Below are positions 40,929 through 54,395 of a DNA stretch of 64,000 nt, piece by piece (position 1 is the stretch's first letter; every line of letters starts with the position of its first letter). The stretch is taken from NCBI RefSeq assembly GCF_964355755.1, contig NC_092671.1:3968001-4032000 (forward strand), given 5' to 3'. The notes under the pieces were generated by a model. The model was not told where the DNA came from. It made no database searches and worked only from the letters and a program-made list of their open reading frames with translations. The position numbers were made by a program, and so were the translations under genes. This DNA comes from Antedon mediterranea. Its lineage: Eukaryota; Animalia; Echinodermata.

Positions 40929-41743
40929 TACCAAAAAAAAAAACAAATCCCTAAAAAATACACCAAAGTATTTCTTTGCTCTATATATTATTTAATTTTC
41001 CGCTGATATTTTTCGAAAAAAAAATTTTAAATTTTATGTCTAATATATGTATATGTATGTATATATGATTGTAATATGTTTAATTATCAAATAATAAAAT
41101 AAATGTTACCATTTGTCAGGTAACAAACCTACATTTTGTTGTTGAATATTGCATTATGTGTATCCCTCTGGCAGGAAAATAGTGTTATTAGGCCTAATGT
41201 AAGTAAGTAATTATAAATGGTACGCGCAGAGTATGCGCGTACGTGACGGATAAATTACTTATCTTCCATCAACATCATCATTTTAAGAGTCCACGTCATC
41301 AGTGACGTCATCATTTGAAGAGGCTACTTCGTCACATCAGTAAATTGTAAAAGGTACAACTCCCTGGTAACTTTCCATCCTCCTCATAATCATCATCATT
41401 ATCATACGGTAATCATTGGAATCAAACTTTGTTTGTATGGCCGTCTTCATCATCTCTCATGATTACGGAATTTATCAGCTGCCCTAACCGACTACTAACC
41501 CAGAAAATGAGCGTATGACAAAACAAAACAATAGAGCACATATTAATTTAAATATATAAATATATTTTGAATCACTGTACATAAATATTACATCTTATGG
41601 AATAAAATCAAGTTTTTTTGCTATTTCAAGTATCTTTTGCTGACGTGACAATATTAAATCGCCTTGTTTGCTTGCATTTCTTATTTTATGCGCGGCAAAA
41701 CCACAAATATGTACCAAAAATGCCTCCCCTAGCCAGAGTAACC

Positions 41744-44700
41744 CTAGCTGTACCCATTGCATCGACTGATAGTAACGTTTTTACTACATATATCACATTC
41801 CACGACACAGCACCACTTAAACCTGCATCGACAGTGATAAGTTCGATTCACAATTTCGTCCGTGTAACCTCGATTACAACACATAATCTGACATCCCTCC
41901 ACGCCGTCTGAGGTACTGTTGCATACCCGATGGGCCGTACCAATAGACCCCACTTTCCGGTCAGGTACACAAAAATTAGGCGATTCTACTGAATATACTA
42001 AGTCTGTAATCGTCGGCGCCTTTATTGTAGACCCGGCAGCTAGGAGGTTCTTTCCATTATTTGCGCCTGTAACTTTGATGGCACCGTTGAACAACTCTTT
42101 CAGACGATAGCCAACATCCCGAAAAACAGGCATTCGTTTCCAGCATGTTTTCAAACTGCATGTTCCGGATAGACCATGACATTTACATTCTTCCCGCATG
42201 TGTAGTTTGACAGCCTAAAAATATATAGATCAAAACGAAAACTTATAAATTATACATAGCTTATGTTAGTTTTTGCACTTTGATGCACTTTGATGCTCGA
42301 AGTAGGTTGACAAAATAAAGCCCTTGTCTTATTCTATGGTAAATAAAATCAATTTATTTGAATTGTTTCTGATGATTTACTGTATGTACATTCAATTTGA
42401 ATTGCATGTCACGCGAAACATACTAGCAATGTAACACAGATGATTCTGTCAATGATATATATAAACGTTTTTATGTTCTCTGATGACGCATTAAAGCGTT
42501 TGTATATGACGTGTCTACCAATGTGTCAACGATCCCATTAAACCCCGTAAGATCACGAGTAAATTTTAGAACCTACCTATCTACTTTAGTTTTAGTTCAT
42601 TTGTATGTAAACTTATTTTCTGTCAAACAGAAGTTTAAGATGGATTGATGATTGAAGAAACGCCAAGTGACTCGTCTACGCTATCACACGTACTACGAAT
42701 ACCAAGAAGTACGCGCGTTCGAGCACATTCGACATTAATTTCTCTTTCTATTTTTTAGTAGAGGCTATACAGAACAAATCAGTTTTGCTTTAAACCAATG
42801 TTTTGACGTAGTGGGCCATTTATTCCGCTGGATAATTACATGTTATCACCGCTCTCGCTTAATTTAAACAAAATCATGAATTATCGGATTCAGAGTAGTT
42901 TAAAAGAAATATATGTAATTAATAGCAAATGGAGGCTGACGGATGGCACTAACACGCGTATGTTTCCTAATTTTCATTTCTTATTGACTTGTAATTTACG
43001 ATAATTCACTGTTTTGACCTTTCTAATTACTTAACGCAAAGCAGAATTCACATAATAAGTGATGACGGTACAAATGCCCGCAACATTTGACGCGCGCGTT
43101 CTTACCATAATAACGCGTTTTGTTCGCGCGCGTTCTTATCCTGATAATAAATAGTATCTACTACATACTGTGGTCTGTAACTGTACTACTACTTTGGTGG
43201 TATTTTTGGTTAATATACGTATTTCATGGTTATATGTAAAGTTATTATATAGGACAGGAACAGACGAACCGTGAAGTTACTACAAGGAATTGGTGAAACC
43301 AGACAGTAGTTGGTTCTATGTTTTACCCCAGTTAAATTGCATCTTGTTTGCTGGTTGATTTACAGTGCTTCGACATCGATAAAGATTTTACAAGGACACG
43401 AATAAAAAAAAAAACCTCACTTTACAGAATGACATGATGTAACGATGCTTTGTAAAAGTGTAGATACATTATTTTATTTTGAATTATAAGGGTCATTTAG
43501 CCAACTGCTATTATTTGTTAATATTAAATTTACAATTAATTTTTTTTTTTCTCAATTAAGAAGATTGAGATTATTTTGTTTGGCTCAAATTGATTATTAA
43601 ATATTTATTTGTTTATTCATATTCAAGTCAAATTAAATTGTAATGATTCTGAATTGCATGAACATCGGATGCCTACGAATTTATGAGATGGCGTTTACAT
43701 GCTAATGAAAATTATACGCGCACGTTCAAACCCTGGTGAATCAAATACACGCGCGTTCAAACCCCGGTGAAACATGTACGCGCGCGTTCTAAACTTGAGG
43801 AAACATGTACGCGTGCAATACACTGTGTTTCTCAGACAATATGATGTAGGGCCTACCATTTTTCATGGCGTGGTGGATTTAAAACATTCTTAACAAATAC
43901 ATACAACTTGTTTCGGAGGATCTGAGATACTGTTGGAATTGTTTTATATTATGTGTCTTTTACGTAGGTAAATCATGTTTTATAGACAATTTACGAGTGA
44001 TAGCAGTTCATGCAGAAATAGGAAGTAATCAACATAAGTCGAAATCTCATTTGTTTATACAACAACCAGACTGTCTTTTTCTCTTTTTTATTATAGTGAT
44101 TTATTAAGTTGAGTAGTGTCCAACTATTTCAAAGGCCCCTACGCTGTACTGTATTTCTTTTTGCTTGGATGTTAAATCATAGTCGACAGTCGCACGCAGC
44201 CTGTCGTTTAGTAGCTCGTTCGTTTCAAGCTACATGTTTTTATACATGTCTATCTCTTTCAGTTTATTTTCTGTTGACTACCATGTGGTTACTTACAGGA
44301 ATCATAAATCTGAATTATGTCTTGTACATCGCATAAAACCTATGTGTACGTGCTTTATAAATGTTATTTCGTTCTTGAAGAACATTTTGAAATTTAGGAT
44401 TTGGTTAAACCAGAAAATGTAGAAATAATGAATCACCAAGATTATATTTTAACTGCGTATTAATACTATACTTACAAGTCTTCCAGCTTCGTTGTTATGT
44501 TGCGTAATCAATGATTTTATATCACTCCGCCTTTTTTCTTGTGTGTCAATAAATTCAATAGATTTTATATAACCAAAATTGACATTATCACCGCAGCCTC
44601 CCCACAGCCAGGTGGCGTTTTTTGCCTCTTCCATAATACTATTGCTCGAGTTGTCGCAGCCACATTGTAACAGACTACCAGAGCTACACGCTGCCGTAAT

Positions 44701-47700
44701 TTGGTAGGTGACTCCGGCGGACGTAATGGCATTAGCGAACGCCGTTTCTCGCGTGTCTGTAACAAAAAAATACATTATTATACGAAAATGGTTATTTACA
44801 CACTTCAATCTTTGTTCCCTCTTTTTTACCCAACCGAACGCTCAATCGCGTCGTGATTGGTACTTAAGCTTGGTTCCCATTAGAACGTAACGCAAGGACG
44901 TAAACGCAACGCAAGCGTTTTAACCAATGACAAGCGAAGTTATAGACAGTTAGCAATCACAAGCGAATGAGACATCGCTTGTGATTGGTCAATTCACTTG
45001 CGTTGCCGTTACGTCCTTGTGTTGCGTCGCTAGTGGGAACCACGCTTCACAGTGACCTTACGCCCTTGCGTTGCATCCACATGGAAACCAAGCGTAGTAC
45101 GAGAGATTTTAAAATGTTATGAATTATTACCATATTGTATTTGTTATGTTTTCGATATTGATGTTTGCATTTATTTCTTTTCTCTTCTCTATTTTAAATG
45201 ATTTTGAATTGAACAAAAATCTCTTGATTTTTAAAATTCTTGTCAGTGCAAAGCTTAATACTGTATGATGATGATGATGATGTAATTACTATAAATAAGT
45301 TTTTCAAACGCATAGTTTATTTTTTTCGAAATTCTGCACATTTTGATTACCTTGTTTTCTGTAACAAATCGATGCTTCTTTGAGAAGTGAAATAAATTCA
45401 ACCGCCACGTATCACATTCCCCCACCCATAACATATTCAGTGACACTCAAAATACAAACACTAATTTATTTAAACCATATGTCTAAATATTAGTCCCGAT
45501 GTTAGTACCTCTACAGTAATGTATTTAAACGTTTTACTTGATATACGATAATCGTTTTTATATGGACAGATGTAATTGTTTCTGTCAACGTTGTAGGCCG
45601 TGTGATTGCACCTGGAAACGTATATTTCATCGCTTGCCGTCATTTCTGCTTCACCTTGTTGTAAGCAAGGTCCTTGTTTTGGCCTAGCAATTAGTTAGCC
45701 ATGTTCCTAATGTGTTACATGATGCTACTTGTTTATTTAATGCCTGTAGGAAATGGTATGTAACATACACGTCGCGTTATAATAGTACCGGTATATATGT
45801 TTAATTTAAACACAACATTAACTTTGTGTTGAACTTGACTAACACTCCCGAAACCGGACTTCGGTCCGTAATTAATGTAAAAAAAACTCCTCATTAGTCC
45901 TTTGTTCTAAATAGGCCTACTTCAATATTCATAAGAACATTTTACCTATTTTATAAAACGTATAACTCTATTACAGGGCCACCTCCAGGACCCAACAAAG
46001 AGTGTCCCATTGGGCGTGTCATCTGAGGGGTTGGTTGATTGTATTGAAACATATCGCCCATTTTTCGTTTTACTGGAAACTGTTCCCTTAATAGAATTGT
46101 CCCTTGAATAGAGGTGTCCCAAAGGATACGTTTTTTTCTGTGTACTGTATGGATAAATTAAATGACATCGACCATATTATTTTGTGCCTATCATTGCCAT
46201 TATTTATCAATGTACGGAAAACCTTTCATGCGACTGTGTATTTAGGATCCAAATTACAAAAAAACCAACAACCCAGTTGGGAATTACAGCTCTTGGTGAG
46301 TTATGATAGTAGATATCTTACGGCATAAAGGGATCAGAGCATTCCGACTAATGCCCCGCTGCTTTCCGACTTATGCTTAGGTATTTTTCAATCGGTTCAG
46401 CGCCACATCGTGTCCATTTCAATTTTGAGTCTTCAGTTTTATATTGATATTATATTTCATTTTGCAGACTTCCTTTCAAGCTGCAAGGTAAAGAAAAGAA
46501 ACAGTTTCCTAGACTGTAACTTAATAGGACAACATAAAAAGATACACATCTGAAATATTGTATTAAAATTCATTTCAATTTACGAAAATACAACGCAATA
46601 CAATCTTTATCCTTTTTTTAAATGCACGATTATAATTTTAGTCGCAAACCTGTAATATTTTATCATCCGATTAACTAATACTGTAAATAAAAGATAATCG
46701 TATTGTTCGTTAAAACTTCGTCGGAATGATATTGTTCTTCTCACCAGGCGAAAAGGAAGTCAGATATCGGAGGTTTTGATACACCTGGTGTCTAAGTTTC
46801 TAATTCCTCTACTTTTCCCTTGACATCTGGGCAACTTTTCAACTACCTTTCCGATTGTGGTTTCGATTTTCTAGTGATTTATGTTATGGGAATAGGCTAG
46901 GTTCATAATTTTTTAACTCACTTTTTTTTGTAAAGTCTTTATGCCATGAAATAAGGCCCTAACCATAAAACAAAGTGTAACATTTAAACCTGCCTGTGGA
47001 CAATTTACTACTTCTTGCCAATATATAAAATTTACAGTTTGTTGTAAATTATAAGTCATTGTTAGTGATTTTTTTTCTATGTTCCTACCTGTTTGTCATA
47101 ATGCAACAGATTTGAGCTTTGCCATTTGTGTCCCGTGTATGTTGGTCTATTACCTTTCTCCTTGTTACTCCTGTCATCGCATCAATAATATTTTGATTTA
47201 CAAGCAGTTGGTGAGTTGTTGGTAGGACCTCACCAATAGAAATGTTTAAGCAAACCGGATGTTTGTGATTCAATTTTAATAGCATTGGGCTAAGTCATAC
47301 GGTACTCGTGGATTTAAAATTCATTTACTTGTTTCTGTATTTTTAAATCGAGTTTAGGCTTAACTCTATCGTATTATTACAATATTTGATACTCGCTGGT
47401 TTCTATAATAGGACACATTCCAAATACTTGTTTACAGTTAGTAATGTCTATCAGATCTTCTAAACTGTTGCGTTCGTTCATCAATATTGTAAAATTATTA
47501 CCATCTTTGACTACTAAAGGCTAATTTGGTTCTGTGGGCAGCAGCAAGTGGTGGTAGTGTGTTTGCAACACCAGTGTAGTGGTGGCATCCACAGTTGTGT
47601 TGGTAATCAAAGTTGTGTAGTGGTGCTAATCATAATTGTAATGATGATAATCATAACTGAGTAGTGCAGTGGTGACGTCATAGTTGTGTAGTGGTAGCTA

Positions 47701-50385
47701 TCATAGTTGTGTAGTGGTGACATCATAGTTGTGTAGTGGTAGCTATCATAGTTGTGTAGTGGTAGCTATCATAGTTGTGTAGTGGTGACATCATAGTTGT
47801 GTAGTGGTAGCTATCATAGTTGTGTAGTGGTAGCTATCATAGTTGTGTAGTGGTGACATCATAGTTGTGTAGTGGTAGCTATCATAGTTGTGTAGTGGTA
47901 GCTATCATAGTTGTGTAGTGATAGCTATCATAGTTGTGTAGTGGTGACATCATAGTTGTGTAGTGGTAGCTATCATTGTGTAGTGGTGACATCATAGTTG
48001 TGTAGTGGTAGCAATCATAGTGGTAATTATACATGTTTAGTGGTGGTATTTCACTTGTAATGGTGGTAATCCTACTATTGTACTAATGGCATTTCAGTTG
48101 TGGAATGAAGATATTTAACTAACAATAAAATGTCCAGTGGCGATGATGAGACAATGGTAATGATGATGAATGTGTAGTTAGTTATGGTATAAACTGCTAC
48201 CGGTACCGGTACCGGTCATTGTGCTCGCTATCTCTGTAGAAGATCAACAACAAACCTTGTAAAAGAACTTTGCCTAGTGACGTAGTTGTGCAGTTCCACT
48301 TCCACAGCTTCATCTGAAAGCGGCATTCTCCAAGACCTTGCACTTTAGAACCAAGCAATGCCTCTTCTATTATTTCTGGTTCTTTATTACACAGATCTTG
48401 CTGCTTACCAGTTAACCGCCTTGCCTTTCGACATATCCTACTTTGATCAAATGTCAGTGGACTTCCTACAGCCCTAGGCAATTTAACAAAACAAATAATT
48501 AATAATGTCAACATTTGTATACAGATTAATGTATTTTCCAAATAATGGAAAGTAGGCTACATTTACTAACTCCAAATAAAAAGGAAAAACTACCTGATAG
48601 TATTACATTTGTGAAAAAGTGCATGTAACAACACATTTTATACACCTAATTTTTGAATTAACAAAATGTATTTCGAAGTTAAATTTCTATTTCAAAAGAA
48701 TTTAATTTTTGTTCTATACTATATTATATTTGTTCTATATTATATTTGTTTATGTTAGTAAATATTCTTTGTTATTTTGAAGCTTCAAAATCTCGAATAT
48801 TTTTGAAAATTCTAAACTCATTAGCTATTTTAGATATTTAAGAAGGAATATTAATATTCATATAATAGAAATTTTAAAATTTGCTTTTCAAAAATAATTG
48901 TCAGATCTGATAAGTATAAAAGTATGCATGGCACACTAACAACCGATATACAAAAGAAATCTGATATGATGGTTAAACAGATAAGACAGTCCTTGGAAAA
49001 CTAAAGTGCAAATTCTCTTTCCCGTAAATATATTTAAATATATGGTTATTAACGTCACAAAGAGACATAAAAGTTACGCGCGCGTTTAAACATTGAAGAA
49101 AATTATAGGGTTTACACGCGCGCGTCTAAATTCTAATTGAAATTATATGGTTCTTTGTACGCGCGTGTCAAAATGCTGATTGGAATGATATAGTTTTTTG
49201 TACGCGCGCGTTCCAACGGTGAAAAAAATATGTTAACTTATGAATTCGTTAGCACATTAGACCGAGCCATGTAAAGTGCTTTATGTCTGTCTATTCACAC
49301 GGTACATTATTGCATTAGTAGATTAACGTTATTTAAACACAAAATAAATCCTTAAATCAATATCGTAACCATTTGAAAGTAATCCAATTTCAAAAATATC
49401 TTACTAATCTCCCAACTTCTAATTTATAGATTTTGTATTCGATTGCAACAAATGTTATTTTCCCATCGCTTTCTACGTCTTTAAGATTTATTTTTCGAAA
49501 GGTAATGTGTTTAGTCAGCTATGTTTGAGTTTATGATTTGTATTCGTAACGTTATAAATAAACAGATTTTGAGAGAAACATTGTCAATCATGTTGACAAT
49601 CGTTTCTACATACGTGTCGTTATTATGATTACCAGTCAATAAAACACGAATAAAATAGTTTTTTTACTAGGCAAAATTTGACCTGTCGTCAGATTAAATG
49701 AAAATAAATTTAACCCGCAAAGTTTAGAGTAATACGTACGCACCATTTTTTACAGCGCGTTTTTATAGAATACATACAAATCAATACTCAATACAGGCCA
49801 CTACTACAATAGCTTATTATGTTAAATGTATTTTATAAATTTATTGGAAAGTCTCCTATTCGGATAAATAGGGTTATTTAATGCACATCTTTAAACAAGA
49901 AAAATATCTTACAAAAAACGCCCCTCTACTTTTTGACGTAACAGTTTTAAAGATATATTTTCCCCCTAAAAAATATATATTTTTTAAATTCTTTTTGGAA
50001 TATGCCATTTTAATGTCACATAATAGCTATTCACTTTGACCCTTTAAAAACACAACATGCAGTTTGAATTGTATAGGGTTATTATACAAACTACATATCC
50101 TTGCATAAACATTAAAGAATCATTTGATTCAGCTGTGTACGTTTCTGGCCAAATCTTACATTCACTTATCATATAACGGTAAAAAACAATTAATGTCACC
50201 ATCATGGTTAGGCCTAAACTAAAAGTATACGTATATATTATTCTAATAATACTACATTTTGCACAAAAGATAATGCGAAACGTATAATAATACGATAAAT
50301 ACACAACTTACCACCAAAGTCCAGTTGCACTCAACGGATGGGTAAAAAGTAACGCCAAACTCAGAACAATGTTCCTAAATTTCAT
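41744..50385 (-). CDS. WNT6: Wnt6, 347 aa
   Basis: Exons 50385-50312 (MKFRNIVLSLALLFTHPLSATGLWW), 48473-48256, 44756-44476 and 42214-41744; 1044 nt, in phase. Wnt6-type GLWWAVGSPL, ICRKARRL, DTRETAF, ACSSGSLLQCGC, HNNEAGRLAV, ECKCHGLSGTC, FNGAIKV. Confidence 0.95.
44867..45095. mobile_element. PIF/Harbinger-like MITE with a duplicated partial right end
   Basis: TTA|AGCTTGGTTCCCATTAG ... CTAGTGGGAACCACGCT (ends 45046), then a second end-like ATGGAAACCAAGCG at ~45081-45094. Strongly self-complementary interior. Confidence 0.7.
47660..48025. repeat. 22/23-bp minisatellite ATCATAGTTGTGTAGTGGT(GAC/AGCT) x~16 in Wnt6 intron 2
   Basis: Two unit variants alternate in a higher-order pattern; more degenerate units extend left to ~47545. 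Confidence 0.95.
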
Positions 50386-53300
50386 GTTTACGACACTGAC
50401 AACATTAGTGTAATCTTCTATACATAAATAACAATGTTTTTTTCTAATATTTACACTCCAAAATTGTACTTTCTAACGTAGGCTGTACCTGTTGAAGTTG
50501 TTTGCGTTCATCTCGCAGACGATACAATTGTGTTTGGCTGCTGACGGCTGTTTTGATTGGACGTCGCTGAATTCGTTACACGGAATGTAGTTGGGTATAA
50601 AGTCACTCAGCAGAGCATACAATACCACATCGTCCTCCCCTAGGCACACACCACCCTTGCCTGTCGATAATTGACAAACAGTCCCGCACATCCGTTTTAA
50701 TGATTATTAATTAATTCTTTTCTAGTATTTCTACAACAGTCGCTTCGTCATTTTCTCATGGTTTTTAATCGTTTGTTTATCCGCTGATTATTTAGTGACT
50801 GTTTTTTCAACCTACTCAAAATTCTCACACGTCATTTACAATAATTTACTCACAAAGTTGACTTGGCTTAAGTATATATTACAAAATATAAGTTTTCATA
50901 ATAGTGTAACTCAGTAAACTTTGACCTTTTAAGTTTTGTTTGCGTGGTTCAAGGGCGATAGTTGTGACCTGGTTTTGCTTTTCGTTAAACACTATGCCTT
51001 TGTGTCTGAGCACACCACTGCGGCCTCATCAGTAGCGGTAATAGGTTCGATCCCTTGTGGAATTAAATTGGATTTTTATTAGCCATCGGTTTCCGACAAT
51101 CGTACTTTTTTTCTGTTTGGAATGCTGTCCTTGTTATACGCTTTAATTTATGTCTAAGGATTCCGACATTCGATTTGTTCGACATCTTTGTTGTCAAATA
51201 TAAAGATAATGTGACGTCATCGATGTATTCTTTTAAGTCACATACAAGCCTTATCAATTTAATAAACTCTGTATTTATAATTTATTTAGTCGTCCTGATA
51301 CATGTAACACTGTATTAGAATGGTCATGCCTATGATACTGTGCATATGTAATGTGGAGATACAGGTACAATACATTGAATTTGGTTATTATTATTATGAG
51401 TAAAATATTCTTGTTATTTTCGTATGGACTTTTATCTGTCGTGTTCTCTTACGAAGAATGTAAACAATAATTAACACACATTATTTGAATTAATTCGAGT
51501 GTGATTATTCCAACTACAATGGACCACACCTTAGCTCTGTCATTCGTAAGATATATTGCAAAATTTAAAATAATGCCTCTTTAACTTCTACCAATGAATC
51601 TCCCCTCGTTGCAATGAAGAACGCCCTCAACATAAGACATTACTTTTTGGAGTTAATAGCATGTTGGTAACTATATGTATATATATAAAAATATAGACTA
51701 CTGTAGGCCTTATTAGGCGTATAAGTTCAGTTCTTTTTTTAAGTCAACCCTTGTACAAAAAGTGTTCTCGATCAATACACTATCAGAGACTATTAATTGA
51801 TTGATTCATTCGGCATATAGTTAATGACAAATGTTTTCATACAAATCAACCAATCACATTCACTGTTATAGAAGATCTAACTAAACCAATCGCGAACAAT
51901 TTTTCACAACTTTCCATTTTGTGACAGTCAGTGCGCCCGCTTTGGTTTGAATAAGTTACTTTTAGTTCACCGATACCTTCGACCACCAGAGGGATATTGT
52001 TTTGTAGTTTCCAAAGACATTGTTTCCGGTTTAATGATTCCTTTTCCACTTAAAGTCCAAATTTAGATCAATTCTTTATCCCCTTAAAGCGATGACCTTT
52101 TTCGATAACAGTGTTTTCAACTAAATAAAATCACATTACACCAATTTATAGACATGCCATCGACTGTGATAGCTGACGATTGATTTGCTAACATTTAACC
52201 GTCTGCTGCATATTCTTAATTTGCGCTATGCTTTGTAAATATAAATACATACTATTTCACTAGTTTTAATGAAATTAATTTTAAAGTAAAATTTTCACCC
52301 CCAAAAAAAAGTTTGTCCTTCTTTCTAAAGCCATTTCTTTAAAAATGAAATTCATATGATATTGTAGTTTTTGTTCTACTGTACCATTTAAATTTTAAAT
52401 TCGTAAATTTAAAAATTACTGAGATATTTTCGGGTTGTTTTTTAAAATTTGTATTTATGTAATGTTAATTGCGAATTGCGATTACTTTCCATTGGTTATT
52501 ACGTAACATTGTGTTGACAACATTGAAAATGACACTAATGACTTTTGTTATTTTCTTGTACGATTATAAGAAATAACACTAACAAATAATATTTTTTTAA
52601 CAAAAGAAAGAGGGGAACATTCTTAAGACTTATAAAAGAAAGAAAGAACCCCGTTTAAAATAACAATTTATTTACATTTTGTTAATTTTGTTAATTAAAA
52701 GAAGAATTTATTTTACGAATTCCCATTTATTAATACATTTTTTAAATAGCATAAGCATATAGGTTGAACTTACAATATCAGAATCGCGAAGAAAATAATG
52801 TGAACATATAAATGTGCTCGCATTCCAAACAAGGCTTTGAACTACACCGGTGTGAACTGAAACTAATAACTATTAATAAACATATTAAAATAACATTACA
52901 AGCAACTTTATATCATCTATAAAACAGGTTCCTTTCACAAACAATTAAGATATTTTATTTTTTCCCGAATGCTTTCCTTAACAGCTGTTCGTTCACATTA
53001 ACTTTTAATTATTTATGCCCGTTTACACGACTGATTCTTGCGCGCAACCCTTTTGGCGCGTGTTTTATCTCCTTTATCAGACTATACGTTGAGCGTACTC
53101 CAAAAGAAACATGTAAATTAGTATTTCTTTTCCTGTCTGTACACTAATTCAAGCTTAAAGACTTTAGTGTAATTGCTTTCGTATATGATCCTATTTCCCC
53201 AAATGTAATTATGATCATATCGCTGGAATTATTGTATCCGTTTTCAAGGCGGTTTTAACATTGATACTTATGGCCTATATCATGTACTTTAATTATAGCT

Positions 53301-54255
53301 GAAGTAGTTATTCATCACGAAGGGACACACAACTACACGCGCGCGCTTAAAGGCTGATAATAGGATGAGGCTGATTTCCACGCGCGCGTCGTCAAGTTCC
53401 GATTGGATTAGCAACGTTTTTAACTTATTGCAGACTATAAATTGTCTGTTCTGTCTTGATATAATGATAGATATTTTGTTTTGATAAATAAATTTAAATT
53501 GGAATTAAAATCTGCAATGCAATATTTACTTAGGGTTAAGCGAAATCCGATAGATTTAGAAGTAGTTACACGAATGATATATTATATTTACTTAAAAAAC
53601 TTCAAGGAATTTGTCTTGCATAATGTTACCTAACTAAAGAACGCGTAAAAGAAGTGATGTTTCTGCATTCATACTCAGTTAGAATATTATTTTTCGTATG
53701 GGAATTTTATTTATTTCCATTTATTTATTTGCTTTATATCTTTGCTATTTAAATTTGTGTTTTACATGCTTGACAGGTTTTTATGTCTCATATTTTAAAG
53801 GGTTATTTTACTTTCCATTTTCATAAAGTGTAGGTCTAAAAGGATGAGTTTGATTCAATGCATCATTCACATGCTGTGTCTTTCTTTGCATGATGGATAC
53901 TCACTTTGACGTTTATCGCTGTTTTATGACGTCATTCGTTGGGACAAGATAGTAATGACGATATAATCATACCAGAACGGAAACTGTAAAAATCATGTAC
54001 CAAACGGAGGGCATCAAATACACTAAATGAAAACATGGTGGAATCGTAAATCGAATAAGTTTATTTACAATTTTTTTCTGTTTCAATTATTTGAGTTCGT
54101 TGTGGTATTGCATTCTTTCTTCTTGAAACAGAAAAAAAATGCTCTTCTTTAGGCCTATTGTTTAAAAAAAATGTTTTCAACACAGCAATAATGTTATAAT
54201 AAAAGATATCTGGAAATTGTTCTCTTGCATCTATATTACACTTATATTAAAACTT

Positions 54256-54395
54256 AAGCTCTGTCGACACTGTCAAACTAGGTTAACAAAAAAAAATTGT
54301 GATGTGCCCAAATATGGTAGTAAAATGTCCAAATATGGTAGTGATAGGACATCATCGTGTCCATATATGGGCACATAAAGATTGCTTTAGACAGT
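54256..54395. mobile_element. AGCTCTGTCTACACT-family MITE copy
   Basis: TTAAGCTCTGTCGACACTGTCAAACTAG...GATGTGCCCAAATATGGTAG...CCATATATGGGCACAT. Confidence 0.7.

Noticed and set aside
41618-42110. Plus-strand ORFs over Wnt6 exon 4, and similar antisense ORFs over Wnt1 and EZH exons
   Set aside because: Shadow ORFs of real exons on the opposite strand.
46700-47285. Coding-looking minus-strand stretches in Wnt6 intron 2
   Set aside because: Interrupted by stops, with no recognisable homology or consistent splice phase.
51063-52130. Short minus-strand ORFs upstream of Wnt6
   Set aside because: No recognisable domain, and no exon chain could be assembled.
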